In this document: positions 34,909 through 48,903 of the stretch, in pieces
How positions within the stretch are numbered: position 1 is the stretch's first letter
Layout of the letters: each line of letters starts with the position of its first letter
NCBI GenBank assembly: GCA_026023565.1
Contig: JAPETS010000005.1
Coordinates: forward strand, 558,001-622,000
Length of the DNA: 64,000 nucleotides
Direction: 5' to 3'
DNA from: Cirrosporium novae-zelandiae
Lineage: Eukaryota
The notes under the pieces: model-generated
Seen by the model: only the letters and a program-made list of their open reading frames with translations
Databases searched by the model: none
Told to the model about the DNA's origin: nothing
Made by a program: the position numbers and the translations under genes

Positions 34909-36737
34909 ATGGGTAAGCTACATTTCTTCAGCGTCACACTACACCACCTTGAGGTTTCCATCATCAAGTAAAATAAAACATCTCCACTCCTTATATTTCC
35001 TTTGATCCTGCATTTGGTCGGAATGACTCTCACGGTGGAAATCCCCCGTGATGCAATGCTGGCGTACAAATCAGGACCAGCGGTGGATGTCTTGAAGATC
35101 GTTGCTGAGCATCCAAAGCCAAAAACCGGCCTTCCCCATCCACCGCCTCCATCACTTCCAAACATCAAAGATTTTCTTCCGTTAAACTCTGCTGACATTG
35201 TACCTGAAGCTTCTCCTGCCAACGGCGCTCCCACGGCGCCTACTCGTGCTTCGCCAGCACCAGTGAAGGACGCTGCACCTACAAAGGATGCACCAGCTGT
35301 GCCCAATGGCAAGCCCACGACCCCCCATGTTGAAATGAAAAATCCCATGGGCGCAGGTGTCAATCAGACCGTCAGCTCGAAGGACCCTAAAGCTGCCGCT
35401 GCAGCTGCAAGTGACATGAGAAATGTCGTTCGAAGAAAGCTTACGGGATACGTCGGTTTTGCCAATTTACCAAACCAATGGCATCGTAAGAGTGTTAGAA
35501 AGGGATTCAACTTTAACGTTATGGTCGTTGGTATGTACACTGATGGTCCGCTGGTTGCATGTAATGCTCACAAGACCCAGGTGAATCTGGCATGGGTAAA
35601 TCGACACTCGTTAACACTTTGTTCAACACCTCGCTATACCCACCAAAAGAGCGCACAGGCCCGAGTCACGATATCATGCCCAAAACTGTTTCCATACAAT
35701 CCATCAGTGCCGATATAGAAGAAAACGGTGTGCGCCTTCGTTTGACGGTTGTTGATACTCCTGGTTTTGGAGATTTTGTCAACAATGATGACTCTTGGCG
35801 TCCCATTGTTGAGAATATTGAGCAGCGTTTCGATGCTTATTTGGATGCTGAAAATAAGGTGAACCGTATAAACATTGTCGATAACCGTATTCACGCTTGC
35901 GTCTACTTTATTCAACCTACCGGTCATTCCTTGAAACCTCTTGATATTGAAGTTATGCGCCGTCTCCACACCAGGGTCAACTTGATTCCAGTTATTGCAA
36001 AGGCCGATACCTTGACCGATGAGGAAATTCAAAGCTTTAAGCAACGTGTAAGTGTTAAATATATCGATGACTAGAGCGGATATACTAATCTAGTTCGTTA
36101 GATCCTTTCCGACATTCAATACCATTCTATTCAGATCTTTGAGGGACCAAGATATGAGCTCGACGATGAAGAGACAATTGCGGAGAATCAAGAGATCATG
36201 TCCAAGGTCCCATTCGCAGTCGTAGGTGCTAACGCCGAAGTAACTACGCCAGAAGGACGCAAAGTCCGTGGTCGTAAATATCCTTGGGGTGTGATCGAAG
36301 TGGACAATGAAGATCATTGCGACTTTGTGAAATTGCGACAGATGTTGATCCGCACACATATGGAAGAGTTGAAGGAGCACACTAACAATACACTCTACGA
36401 GAACTACCGCTCTGATAAGCTTATCCAAATGGGTGTTTCTCAAGATCCAAGTGTCTTCAAGGAGGTCAATCCTGCTGTGAAACAGGAAGAGGAGCGTGCA
36501 CTTCATGAACAGAAGCTTGCCAAGATGGAAACAGAAATGAAGATGGTATTCCAGCAAAAGGTTGCCGAGAAAGAGCAAAAACTCCAGCAAAGTGAAGATG
36601 AATTATATGCCCGGCACAAGGAAATGAAAGAACAGTTAGAGCGACAGAGATTGGAACTGGAAGAAAAGAAGGCAAGGATCGAGAGTGGACGGCCTATTGA
36701 GGAGAAAGGCAAGAGGAAGGGTTTCTCCCTCCGTTAA
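34909..36737 (+). CDS. CDC3: Septin Cdc3/AspB
   Basis: [55 protein letters not shown]-terminal coiled coil ending KRKGFSLR. Introns 34913..35209, 35531..35580, 36048..36101. Confidence 0.95.
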
Positions 36738-37912
36738 AGTATCACCTCGGAGACCGATCAGCTCGCTCCCATCAATTTGTAAACGACTTTGGGAGCCGGA
36801 AAGGCGCAAGGCCATCATTGACATTCCATTACGAGAGTGCTAGCGTGCGAATTTTTCTAGGTTGATTCAGAAACCCTTTCCTCATCTACTCATTTCTTCT
36901 AATACTTTTCCTTTGTTGTTGACGGCCTGGCAGCTGTCAGGTGGTGCAGTTGCTGGATACGGACATGGAGCGATATTGATAATGGGGAGGGAGAGGCCCA
37001 TATAACCGTCTACAACGTTTATTCTCCTATGTACCTTCTTATGATTCCTTGGTTGTTTTGCTTGTGGTTGTCGAAATCAGCTCTTGATTGCTCTCCTGTA
37101 CGTATTTCGCAATCATGATCCTAGAATGACAGGCGTTGCCTCTGCGGATCGATAATAGTAGAAACAGTACTTGGTAGTAGCTAGTTCTTTGAGCGGGACG
37201 AATTCTCTATCTAATGATGGGGCTATGTTTATTTTGTGCTGTGTTTGGTTGTAATAATAAAGTAGACGCGGTGTAGGATTTTTCATGTCATAGCCATGGC
37301 ATGATGGTTTCGGTGTTGTTACCGCTGTAATGCAAATGATGGAAGTGACTTTGGTTTGATTGTGGCTTATGCAATCTAGCTTCTTTTTTTTTTCAGTTTT
37401 ACAGATGGCTAAGGGAGAGAGAAGAGTGGTACCTTGGTAAAGCAATGTCTGTGGTGGTAGACAACTCGACCGTCTAAAAGTAAGACGCAAGCTTCAAGCA
37501 AGAAAGGCCAGGATTGAGACCAGAAATGGGTAAAAATTGAACAAAATTGGGTTTTCTGTAGACATCATTCAATCGGGAGTCGGTGCCTCTGACGTAGTCA
37601 CGCGAGAAACAAGAGACGCACGAACCAGCTCTGGCAACCCGCAACCAAAAGGAGCCAACAGCCCAGCAGCCCGCCAGCCCGCCAGCCCAGATCCGAGTGA
37701 CGGTCTTGGTCGTCTGTCTTGGTCCCATAAGAGTACAACTAACCTTCTTCTTCCAACATCAAACGTCTCTAGATACCTGACTGAGATACCTACTCTTAAA
37801 TTCTCTATTCTGCCTCTTAACTGGCAGTCACTTCCTGACACTATAATCTTTACATTATCAACTTCTGAATTCCATATTATCTCTTCTAAATTCTGAATCC
37901 CTCAAGCCAACA

Positions 37913-39125
37913 ATGGCTCCCCCTCCACCGGCAACTCTGCCGCTAACCCAGCGTTTGATGCGCTTGGCTGAGACGTTGCAGTATGTGTACCCATCACTCC
38001 AATACGTTATACCTTGACATGCTGACGCTGCTTTTGTTATAGATTCGGATGGTTTGTAGGGTATGTTTGCCTCTTCTGTCTTTTGACTACCCTATCCTTT
38101 GTGGCTTTTCGCTGTCGCTGCTGCTGCTGCTGCTGCATGCATTATCCTAGACTAAAAACCCCAAGTTATTGCCATGAGAGTCTACGAAACATGCTCAATA
38201 TAGTCGAAGAAAGTTGCATCTAAGAGCATAACATGAATTGTGTGTGCATATACTGATTCTGTCCAAACCATCTAGACATCTTACCCTTCTCTTCTGCACT
38301 CTTCGATACGGTCTCTCCTACATGACCTTTAATTACTATTCGAGATGGGCACAATTCTCCTACCGCACCGCTTTTTTTGCCGCTGCTGCTACCTATGGAA
38401 TCGTCGTTTACAAGGCTTTCCGTGCACGTGCTCGAACAGGTGCTAAGATGCAAGGCGGCATAGTGGGTTATCTTGCAGATGAGAATGTTCAATATTTGTG
38501 TAAGTGTCAGATGTGTTGTTGATGTATCATCGAGCCGCCATCAGATACCCCTCGAAGCTTTCACTAACGTCACTTTCTATATCTAGTCATGGCCTTGGTT
38601 TGGCTTTTCTCCCGCCAGATCCCACTCGCACTACTACCATTTAGCGTGTACTCGATCTTCCACGTTCTTACCTATACCCGTTCAAACCTTCTCCCAACCA
38701 TCCAACCACCCGCGACAGGTCCTGCCTCCCCTGGCGGTAGGACAACTTTCCAGTCCAGCCCAATTCAGAATATGATCGGCAAATTTGTCAAGGAATACTA
38801 TGACTCCAGCATGACAGTCGTTGCCCTTTTAGAAATAGGACTATGGTTCCGTGTATTCCTCTCCGTCCTCACATTCAACAAGGGTGCATTCCTTCTCCTT
38901 GCCGTTTACACTGTCTTCTTCCGTGCAAGATTTGCGCAGAGTGCCTTTGTTCAGGGAGCCATTCGCCAAGCAACTGCGAGAGTTGATGCCATTGTCAGCC
39001 AACAAAGTACCCCTCCAGCAGCCAGACAAGGCTGGGAGACATTCAAGAAGGTCGTTGAACAGGCTGCTGATGCTACCGATATCCGTCGTTATACCTCGCA
39101 AGGTGCCCCTAAGAAGGCCCAGTAG
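37913..39125 (+). CDS. POM33: Pom33/TMEM33 ER and nuclear-pore membrane protein
   Basis: MAPPPPATLPLTQRL..AETLQ|FGWFVG|HLTLL..TYGIVVYK..LADENVQYL|..LALLPFSVYSIFHVLTYTR; three introns. Confidence 0.88.
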
Positions 39126-40498
39126 ATGGCTAGCAAAGTCATTCAATCAACGGCTGTGAATTAACAATGACTCCCCTCTCGACTACCCTGCATGCTCCTG
39201 TCGCCTTGGCCTTTAACTAGAGCTGTTCTTATTATTGATGGTGTGTGCGTCCAAAGCGGTTTATCGAGGAACATCACGGTATAGTTGTCATGGCTGGAAA
39301 TATACCGGTCGGATTCTGTGAGCGAAGTATGGGAATAAGCATCCCGAAAACAATGCGCTGTGTTGACCTTTTGGCTGGGCTTTCGGATCACCTTTTCAGG
39401 CATAGGCAACCGTACGTATTACTACAATCAAGGGGGAGCGAATAAGTTGATAGTGGGTATGGCATATGGAATAGGGGATCAAAGGCTTTTCTTACGCGTC
39501 AGCGTCATCTTTGCCGTTCGAAGTGTTTTCTGTGCGTTTTTGGTTTTTTCTTCTCTTTTTTCTTCTTTTTTTCTCCTTCTATTGTTCTTCTGTTCTTACA
39601 GTTCTTACATTTCTGTTCTCCATAGGAGATACCTCGCAACGGCTTTTGTGAAAAGAATGTTCTCTATAAAGCGTGGTGTCTTTTCGTGCTGTGTGTGGAA
39701 AAGGATAGGTGTGATGGTTTTCATAAAGTGTAGTAGCGATAGCGATTGCCTACTAGCTTAAGCCCTATTTACACATAATGAGATGAACGTTAACGTCGCG
39801 TCAAGTTTTTGCGTCAAGATTAAATGATTTGGATTTGGTTGATGTATGATGGATGAATCGAGGAAAGTGGCAAGTAAATATATATTCACGAGTTCTCATT
39901 AAAAGTTAAGATGTCTTTATTTATTTCTTGTTGAACCCCTTGGGACTAGTTCAAGCCCCCCCCTTCGTCTCATATCACATCACATGCCCCCACCCACTTA
40001 GTTGAATATATATCAGTCAACACACGGGTCATTCCCAACAATTATTTATTTTATTCCACATACCCCCCCCTTCATCCCAAGGCTTGCTTCGTCACAAGCA
40101 ACATCTTAACCCTCTCACTCATTCACTCAACTCACATCCTCACTCCATTCTTCTTCTTCTTTTCCCTCTGTCCCCCACTTTACCTTCCCCCTTACCATTA
40201 TCATTGCCATTACCATTACCATCCTTTTTTTCTCCTTTTTCTTCTTAGTTTGAGAAATCTTCTTCTTTGCATTCCCATTCCCCATTCCCCATTCCCCCTT
40301 TATCTGTTTCCTCCTTTTCTTTCCATTTCCTTTTTCCGTTTTCCTTTGCTTTCTTATTGGTATTGATACTTGCACTGATATTAACAACAGGCTCTACGGA
40401 CTTTGGAATAATCTTTTGGGAGTGTCACTACTACCGTGAAGAAGGGGATTTCTGTTGCTGGGGTTGGGGTTGGGGTAGTGTGGATGCTTGAATGGGAT

Positions 40499-40527
40499 GT
40501 TGTTGTTGTTGTTGTTGTTGTTGTTGT
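40499..40527. repeat. (GTT)n microsatellite in a low-complexity intergenic stretch
   Basis: About 9 units; neighbouring homopolymer runs. Confidence 0.85.
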
Positions 40528-41764
40528 AGAAGGGATGGGTGTGGAGGCGAAGGATTGGGCACGAGCACGTGTTGTTGGCGGCATTTTTTTTGTAAGGGGG
40601 GGGGGGGGAGGTTGTATTGGTATGGTATCATATGGTATAGTTTGCTTGCGGGTTTACGTGCTTCCTCTTGGAACGAAAAAAAAATTGAAGGTTTGATCAA
40701 AGTTTAAAGATTTCGGGTGTAGGGGGAGGGGGGGGGTTTATATTGTTATTATTGTTGTTATGGTTGTTTTTGTCATACAAATCAAATGGGTTCCGAAAGA
40801 TTCGATTTTTATACACATATTCATTCACATCCATCCATCCATTTCTAAATAGAAATGCATACGAAATGGTTACGATTTGGTGTGTGATGGTGGTTTTGTA
40901 GAGGAATGTGAATGTGGGTTTGGATGTTGGAAATGAGGGAGGAAGGGAGGGAGATTGTACTGAAGATTACTTGAGATGGGTCGGGTGGAGTGTCGTTGTT
41001 GTTGTTCATGTTTAATTAAGTGAGAGATATAAAGATTTTTTTCGTTTTTTGCTTCTTTCTTGCTTGCTTTGTTTCTTTCTTCTTTTTCCGGAAGAGCAGG
41101 TTCGAGATGAGGATGAGGATAGGGATGGATTGTGTGAGAAATTTCGCTTCTGGGGGGGGAGGGGGGAGGGTTTTATCTCGATGTGATGTGGGGATTTTGG
41201 TTGTGTTTTTTGGATAAATGTTAGTTACTTTATTCGGTATTATTATTATTTCTATTAAAAGATGAATGAGTGGTTTTATATTTTATATTTTTTTTTGTTG
41301 CTGTGTGAGTAAGAGAGAGGGGAATGTAAATGTGACAAGGTTAATAGAATTTTTAAATAGGGATGGCTATCTTCTAGGGGTGCTCAGATATATAATCATA
41401 TCATATATGAAAGTCCTATTTTTATTTGCCCCCCGGTACAAACAAATTGTTTTTTCTTTCCTTTCTTTCTTTCAATTTAATTTATTCCATCATCATCATC
41501 ATTGTCGTCGTCGTTGTCATCATTATTATCGCTATCCATCCCCTCCTACTAACACTAACACACCAAAACCAACATTAAAACAACGCAAACGCTAATTCTC
41601 ATATCTCATTTCTCATCATATATCGTTCTTGTTTTTTTTTCTTCAATTTATTATTCCATCCATTCCATGGGTCCCACTTATCGTCATCATCGTCATCTTC
41701 AAACTCGTCTGTCCATCCATCTATCCATCCACCCCCACCCCCTCAACATCAACACCACCAAAAC

Positions 41765-41944
41765 TTACATCCAATTTCCCACAAGGGAGGGATGGATTAT
41801 AGGAAGCGCTGGTCGTGCTGGTGGTCGTGGTGTTGGTCGTGGTGCCGGCCGTGGTCCTGGACGCGGTGGTACCGGACCTGGAGGAGGTGGTGGTGGGTAT
41901 GGGGGTGGTGGGCCCGGTTGTGGGGGTAGTGGTTGCGTCTGCAT
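41765..41944 (-). CDS. Candidate 59-aa Pro/Arg-rich micropeptide
   Basis: MQTQPLPPQPGPPPPYPPPPPPGPVPPRPGPRPAPRPTPRPPARPALPIIHPSLVGNWM; GC-rich island in AT-rich DNA; TATATAAA upstream near 42198..42205. Confidence 0.4.
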   Translation of the reverse strand: MQTQPLPPQPGPPPPYPPPPPPGPVPPRPGPRPAPRPTPRPPARPALPIIHPSLVGNWM

Positions 41945-43886
41945 CGTGGTGAGTTGGGTTGAGTCTATGGATTAAACGGGTGGATAGGTTATGTAGGTAG
42001 GTAAGGTATAGCCTTAGTTGCGATTGTTTTTTCGGTTCTTCCTTTATAGATATGGGTGGGTATCTAGGTTGGGCTATGAGTTGGTTGGATCGCTGGCTGG
42101 GTTAGATAAGATGATGTGTTTGTGTGTGTTGAAGGATGGGGGAAAGAAATAAAGAAAAAGAGAGAGGGAGTTCTATTGTGAGGAAGAATGTGGGGAGTTT
42201 ATATACCCCGTGGAAGGGGGGGGGTATTATTCAATATCTTTGACATACAAACGGGGGATGTGTGAGAGACTTTGGTGAATTCGTTTGAAGATAGACTTGC
42301 TTCTTCATTCATTCGTCAAGACTAGGTGGGTGGCGATATATATCCTTTACTTCACGTTACACCGCAAACGCGTCCAAATGGGAAAGGGGGAGGAGGTGAG
42401 GCCAATAGAAGAAGAAAAAAGAATCCTAAATCATTTGAGACCATCCATCAATCTACTTTTGTAATTATGGATGCCTTACACATCCCATCAAAACTAAGAA
42501 AATATTTTAGGATATAAAAGTATATAGACTGGTGAATTTTTTCCCCCATAGATAATTACTTGATTATCGTTTATCATGGATGGAAATGGAATATAGAAAA
42601 AAACAGGAGGTTTGCACTTGCTGTTTAGGTGAGGTGGTGGAATTTCCCTCCATAGAAGGTGTGGTTTCACATTCAATTATTTGTTGATCCATCCCCGTTG
42701 ATATGACACCTCCAGTTTATTTTCATGATTAGGTGGGTGGGTCCAAGTATGATGGAGGTGGTTCCTGACTTTCGCTGTTATTGAAGTCAATGGATATGGT
42801 ATCCTTCCTTCCTGGCTGTTCTCCCTATACCTCCCTCTCCTCGCAGCCCTCTCTCAATATCTCAATCAATATATCCCTTAGCTCCAACTCCCCAGCCCGG
42901 AACGTAAAAGCCAACAGCTTCTTCCTGTAATAATAATACGAAGACAAAACCACCTGACCCCGACAAAACGACCCATATGACAGCCCCTCGATTCCATCTC
43001 CACGAACGCTTTTATTGCTATTGTTTCTTCTCATTTCTTAGATGGAATGTGCGTTGGAGAGGATTCTTGTGTGTATGGTTATGGGGGGGCGTTTGAAGAA
43101 TTTTCGGGGGTGGTCAATGTAGATCATAGTTTTGGCTTGCATCTGCTTTATGATGGAGACGATGGGTTTGGAGAATATGATTTACTCGTATCGTAGTGTC
43201 GTAGTGCTATTTTAGTTAATTAAATTGTTCCTTGTCTTGACCTTCGGACGTTAGACTTTTCTTTTGCTTGAACAAAGATAGAAAACCTTCCCGAATTAAA
43301 AACGAAGAAAGTTGCGGGAGTTGATCGATAGTGGATTTCATGTTCAAGCTATAAGTTATACTATAGCCAACGCGAAGGCCACCGGACTTAAAGAAAGGAT
43401 TATCGTCACTCGCACCTAAGATAGCGAATTTTTTATTATGGTAGTGTCTCTTGGATAGTTCCGTCTAGTTAAAGAACGGTTATCAAAAACCGAAGAATCG
43501 CGAAACAATGACACGATATAGAGCATAGGGAGGGAGCAGGGATTCTTAGACCAAAAGTCTAGTTTTAGAATTCGATATAACCACTCTTAAAGGGGGTTAC
43601 AATAATATAAAAGCCAATCATAAAATCATGAATAGTTATACCACGACTACTAGGACTTTAGGTTATAATACTGTCGATTCATCAACGAACAAAGCATACA
43701 TCACATTGAAGTACATTCAACCCAAGATCGCTACTGGAGGGAACAAGAAATATAAGATGATCGAGCGACCATAATCCAAACACACCTTCATTAAATTCAT
43801 GATATCGTCATAATATCATCCACCATCTCAGACCTCCCAAGAAAACTTAAAGAAGCCTATCATTCTTACACTCTTAGCGTATGAAC

Positions 43887-44842
43887 TTAACGCCTCCTAC
43901 GATGTCCTCTATCTGAGTCCGAGTCGCTAGAGCTGGAACTGGAACTTGAGCTAGATTTTCCACGGCTCTTGCTCCTGCTATGATGATGGCTGTGACGGCT
44001 TCCGCTTCGGCTATGATGCATGCGCCTTCTCTCGTCTGGGTATAAGCCTCCTAGGGCAGCACTACTTCCGGAATAGTTGTCGCCACCATAGCTATGGCTG
44101 CTTTGAGATCTATAGTCATCATTATAGGCAGATCCTGATCGAGAATGGCGCTTCTTATGCTTGTTCTTCTTCTTTTCCTTGTGCCTAGAAATTAAAGGAA
44201 GGTTAGTAGTGTATAATGATTTTGCAGAGTGATAAGCTCGGGTATCTTACTTTTCATGTTGCTTCTCCAATACATTGGCTCCAATTGCGCCTGCAATCAC
44301 TCCGCCGATAGTCGCAAGTGGTCCATTGCCTAATTCATGGCCCAAAACCCCTCCACCAGCTGCTCCTAGAAGTGTAGCTCCTAGACTCTTTTCACCTTCA
44401 TGCTTTCCATCACGGCGCTTCTCCTTTCGATCGTCCTCATAGGGATTGTCATAACGAGAATCATAGTCTCCATAGGATGCAGAGGGTGCAGGAGGGGGAT
44501 AGGGATATCCACGGGTCTCCTCGTATTGATATTGGCGAGTAGAGTGCTCAGAAGGTGGTCTGTCGCCATATGTATCATGACGAGTCGGAGCGGCCAGTTG
44601 GTTGTAAGCATTAGGTTGAGGGGAGTTAAAGGAGGACTGCGAATATGTTGCCTATTGTGTATTAGCGCTTTCTCGTCTCTTGTATGGAAAAAAACCAGGG
44701 TTCAACTTACAGAGGCATATCCACCATAGGGTCCATGTCCATCATACTGTTGATAGCTATTGGGAGGATTATAGGCTGTGGCGGGTGGGCTAGAATAACC
44801 TCCCTGAGGGGGATGTTGAGAATAGTAGTCTTCGTTCGACAT
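43887..44842 (-). CDS. Glycine-zipper domain protein with Tyr/Pro-rich N-terminus and Ser/Arg/His-rich tail
   Basis: ATG 44842 (MSNEDYYSQHPPQGGY); EGEKSLGATLLGAAGGGVLGHELG..LATIGGVIAGAIGANVLEK; two GTAAG introns; stop at 43887. Confidence 0.75.
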
Positions 44843-45653
44843 AGCGAGTTGAGTGAGTATTCAAAGACTGGGATGCAGGGGGATAAAAGAGGGAGTGTTT
44901 AAACAGAAACAGAAAAGAAATGAGGATTCAGGCCAGCATGACGGTATTTATTTAGTTTTGCCTAAGATTCGAGGGGTATGAAATGGGCGAAGGCAGTTTT
45001 TGGGGGGGGCTGAGTGATCATGTTGCAGGGATACCTAGAGATACTTAGGTAGGTTCCAGGTGAACGCTGATAATGATTAATTAATGACACTATAGATTAT
45101 CTATTTTGTTTGTTGAGGCTGAGGGAAATTGCGGCTGACAGGCCTGACGGGAGGAACGGTTTAACAGCAGCAGCTGACTGGAGAAAAAGGAAGAATGGGA
45201 GTTGGGGAAAACAACCGACTGATGTCATTTATTATGTGACCGATAACCGCCGATACCACCGACACCACTGACATTTGAAGGGAGAGCCTGGACCATCGGT
45301 TCCTGGCCTTAGCTTACATACCTACTATTGTACGAATGGGTAGAAATATAAATCGAACGTCATTCGTCTCTAACCTCGTTAATTACATCTATTTACTTCG
45401 CTCACCTTTTCCCTTCCTTTTCTCTTCTTTCTGTCTTTCTTTACTCCTCTTTCCATGACTTTCCTATCGAGTCAAATCATGTTGAATTTAGGGAAGCTTT
45501 CTAATATTGTATCGAGGCTTCCTTGGGGAGAGGTAGGCACACTGACATGTTCTTACCCTTTTCAAGAAGGAATGACAAACCTGTAATGAATACCCGAAAC
45601 GGCTCAAACTTTATAAGATAAACCCATCTCCATCTTTGCTTCATCTAGTCATC

Positions 45654-47125
45654 ATGGATGCTGCTCATAAAAAGATCCTTCTGTCTGATGGTCACTCAGT
45701 CCTCTCTCGTCAGATCATCAACATAGTCTCTAACGACCTTCCTGAATATGAAATCCATGTCCTTGTTTCTAGCAGGTACGCTATAAGCACCTTCACAAGT
45801 CGTATCACCAAATACCACATCATTGATTCATCCACCGAGAACCCATACGCCTGGCTCTCCGACGTTTTGAATGTTCTCAGATCTGACAAGTTCACTGTCC
45901 TTTTTCCGGTTTCTGAGCATATGGCTATTTTATCCGCCGAGGCGAATCAAATCCGAGAACTCGGTGTTGGCATATGCGTACCCGAATTCTCCAGCCTTCG
46001 ACTAATATATGACAAGATCGAATTGGTGGAGACACTGTGGCATTTGGACTTGGATCAGCCAAGGACCTGTGTTGTGAATACGGAGGACGAGCTAGTTGAG
46101 GTCGCTGTTGAATTCATCAAGTATCCTAAGCCGGCTTACCACCACAAAGGCTTCTACGTCAAGCTACCCATTGGTTCTGGCGGGATTGATGTGACGCATT
46201 TCAGAGACTGGGCCAAAGGAGCAGATGTTCAGCACTACCTTGAGAAGCTTGCAACCCCCTTCGGAATGCAGTCGGATGCACTTGATGAAAATGTTGGACC
46301 GGTTATTGTTCAGCAAGGTACGTAATATCTACAAAGTTCCCTCGGAGCAAATGACTTCTAACTTAGATTTTAGGTATCGATGGTAGTCTACTGGTGGTAG
46401 ATGCAGTTTTCCGGAATGGACATCTAGTTGCTTGGCATGCATGCTCGGTGGTCGAATGTATTGAATATGAGGTGTATTACGAACCTTTCATATTGCCCAT
46501 AGCATACCCGCAACCTATTACCACCGAGAAACGTAACAACTATTGCCCGGGAATTAGCATGATCTTGGAAAAGCTTGGAGAGCGTCTAAAATGGCATGGG
46601 CCGTTGTCTTTGAAAATCGTAATGACTCAGCCCACTTTATATGAGAGGGAGGCATCCGATCGAGGGTTTCAGGAATTCAAGCATGAAGCCTACATAATCG
46701 ATGTTAGTGCATGTCTCAAAGAGCCTATGAATGCACAACTCGCCGGAACGAAACTTATCAACCTCCTTCTGGATCTCTCTCTGGAGGGCAAAGGTAATAG
46801 CCCCCGAACCCCCTTTAGACTACCAAAATATCTCACCGAAACGCATTCTGGACTCATTTCTGTTATTTCGACGTCTCGGATGCCTATAAACATCGGGATG
46901 GTTGAATTTTGGAAGGCTTTGAAAGGACTCGAAAAGGGGGAGGAGTTAACACCCTACTGGGATGTGACTGGCCGTATTGACTGGTGGAATGTTATCCTGG
47001 TGGTCTGGATCGCAATCGCGATATTGGCCTGGCCCGAATGGGGCAATGCCTTTGTCAAACAGTCCAATCGAACCCGAGCGAGGGAGGAGAAGTGGTGGTG
47101 GATCGTGGAAAGGGACCAAAGATAG
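45654..47125 (+). CDS. ATP-grasp-fold protein
   Basis: ILLSDGHSVLSRQ, VLFPVSEH, DKIELVETL..LDLDQPRT, YVKLPIGSGGIDV, IVQQ, WHGPLSL, YIIDV; intron 46318..46373 joins the two ORFs in frame. Confidence 0.72.
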
Positions 47126-48414
47126 CTATGTAGCAGTGAATTAGAGAAGGGAGCCAGATATACCTATATAGAGTGCACTAAGGCTTCCCATAGAATTGAA
47201 TGGTTTCAAGTAACCTTTGAGCATTGCATCAAACCGTTGTACTTAGGATTTCATCACCATACCAAAGAAAAGTTGGTTTTTCTTCTCTCCTTTACCATAA
47301 ATATGCGTTCTCAACAACAGGGCATTTAATAGGGGATTTAAGAGCGTGCTCAGTGAAATACAGATTTCGGGGAAGATGACGAATTTTTGGGTATGCACAT
47401 ACTGTACGTTAAAAAAGCCTTTGGGAAATTGAGAAAACCAGGCTGATCCTGACGTACCTGACATACCTGACAGGGGCTGTGAGCCACTATCGTTAACGGC
47501 TGCGTGGAGAGGAGGATTGATGCTTAAATCTTTATCAAAAATGACAGTAGCAAGCAAAGAAGCAAGTGATGGACCAATAAAAAAAAAGGTTAAGCTCAAT
47601 AACACATAACAAAAACAGCACATCCACATCATCCCCACTAGTTAATACGTGTTCAAATAAAAACGCGGAGGTTGAAATGCCGGGGAGGAGGGTGGACTTT
47701 AGGTGTTGTTACTCGAGTACTGTAGTCGGCAAGGAATACCATACACAGCAAAGTCCAGAACCCACCAATTAAAGTATTTCCAATTTTAGGCCCCATGTTT
47801 CAGATCTAATCTTATCTATCTCAGGGACAATCAACCAACCAACCAAAACCTCAGGGAAATGTTTGAATTTGAATCGATCGATTACCAATGACATCACACC
47901 ACCCCAATGTAATGTCTTTACGGGTTGCAAGGAAAAAAAAAGGTACGAGTACGAGGGTACAAATGAAATGACTTTCTTTGGTGCATAGTCTATGCCCCAA
48001 TACGAGAAATCCATAAGCTAAAACTATCCCCCCCCTCTCTGTGTGAGTGTGTGTGTGAGTTGAGTTATTGAGTTACGAGCACGAGCACACAAGCCCGAGA
48101 AAGAAGAATGGTGAGACTCATGAAACCGCTTTCGCCAGCGAATGACACTGGATGACATCGGTCTAGTACAAATATTTCATCGCCCCCCTCCTTCCCTCTC
48201 TCCCTCTCTCAACTCTATATGCATCTAAGGTTACTTCCTAATTTCTTAGAATTCTTCTTCCTTTAATCCCTTTTTTTAATCCATTTTCAAAAGAGGGTTG
48301 CATACTGTAGCCTGCCTCTCCATTATTCCTCTGCGTCCGCAAACCACCTCTTCAAGTATTAAAAAGGCATATTAGAAGGCAACGTCACATTTTGTGACGT
48401 TTAGTCCCAATCCA

Positions 48415-48903
48415 ATGCCGGCATCAGCATCGCACTTTCTCGCCACCGGCATGACAGTCCTCCAGGGGTGAGTTCTTCCATCCTATCCTATCTCATCCCA
48501 CCTAACCCATCGTCCTTTCTCTCTTCTCAGGTTCAAAAACCGCATCTCAAAACACCATCGAAACCGCTCCTCATCCTCCACCTCAAGCACAAGCTCCAAT
48601 ACCTCCTCAGCTTCTTCTTCTTCTTCGACAGCGAGACCCCACACCAACAACTTAAAAGGAGAAAAGCAGTGCATGCCACAGCGGTATCCTTATCCGAGTT
48701 CGAGTGGCATGGATCCGCCACCGCCTTATGAGAGGGAGAGGAAGCGGGAAGGCATGGGAAGCGTGGGGAGTTTTCTTGAATTTGAAGGGAGGGGTAGTGG
48801 GATGGAGAGGAGGAGTTTTGATGAGATAGGAAGGAGGGGGAGAGAGGAACGGGTTAGAGCTGTGATGGAGGGGAGGATTAGGAGGAAAACGGTAGGGGGT
48901 TGA
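48415..48903 (+). CDS. Small hypothetical protein
   Basis: ATG 48415; intron 48468..48530 (GTGAGT..CTAAC..CAG) joins in frame to ORF 48673..48903; Ser-rich with PPPPYE motif. Confidence 0.5.

Noticed and set aside
39900..41700. Poly-C/Q/T/V ORFs in low-complexity DNA
   Set aside because: Produced by microsatellites and homopolymer runs; a spliced gene near 40126..40584 is possible but unsupported.
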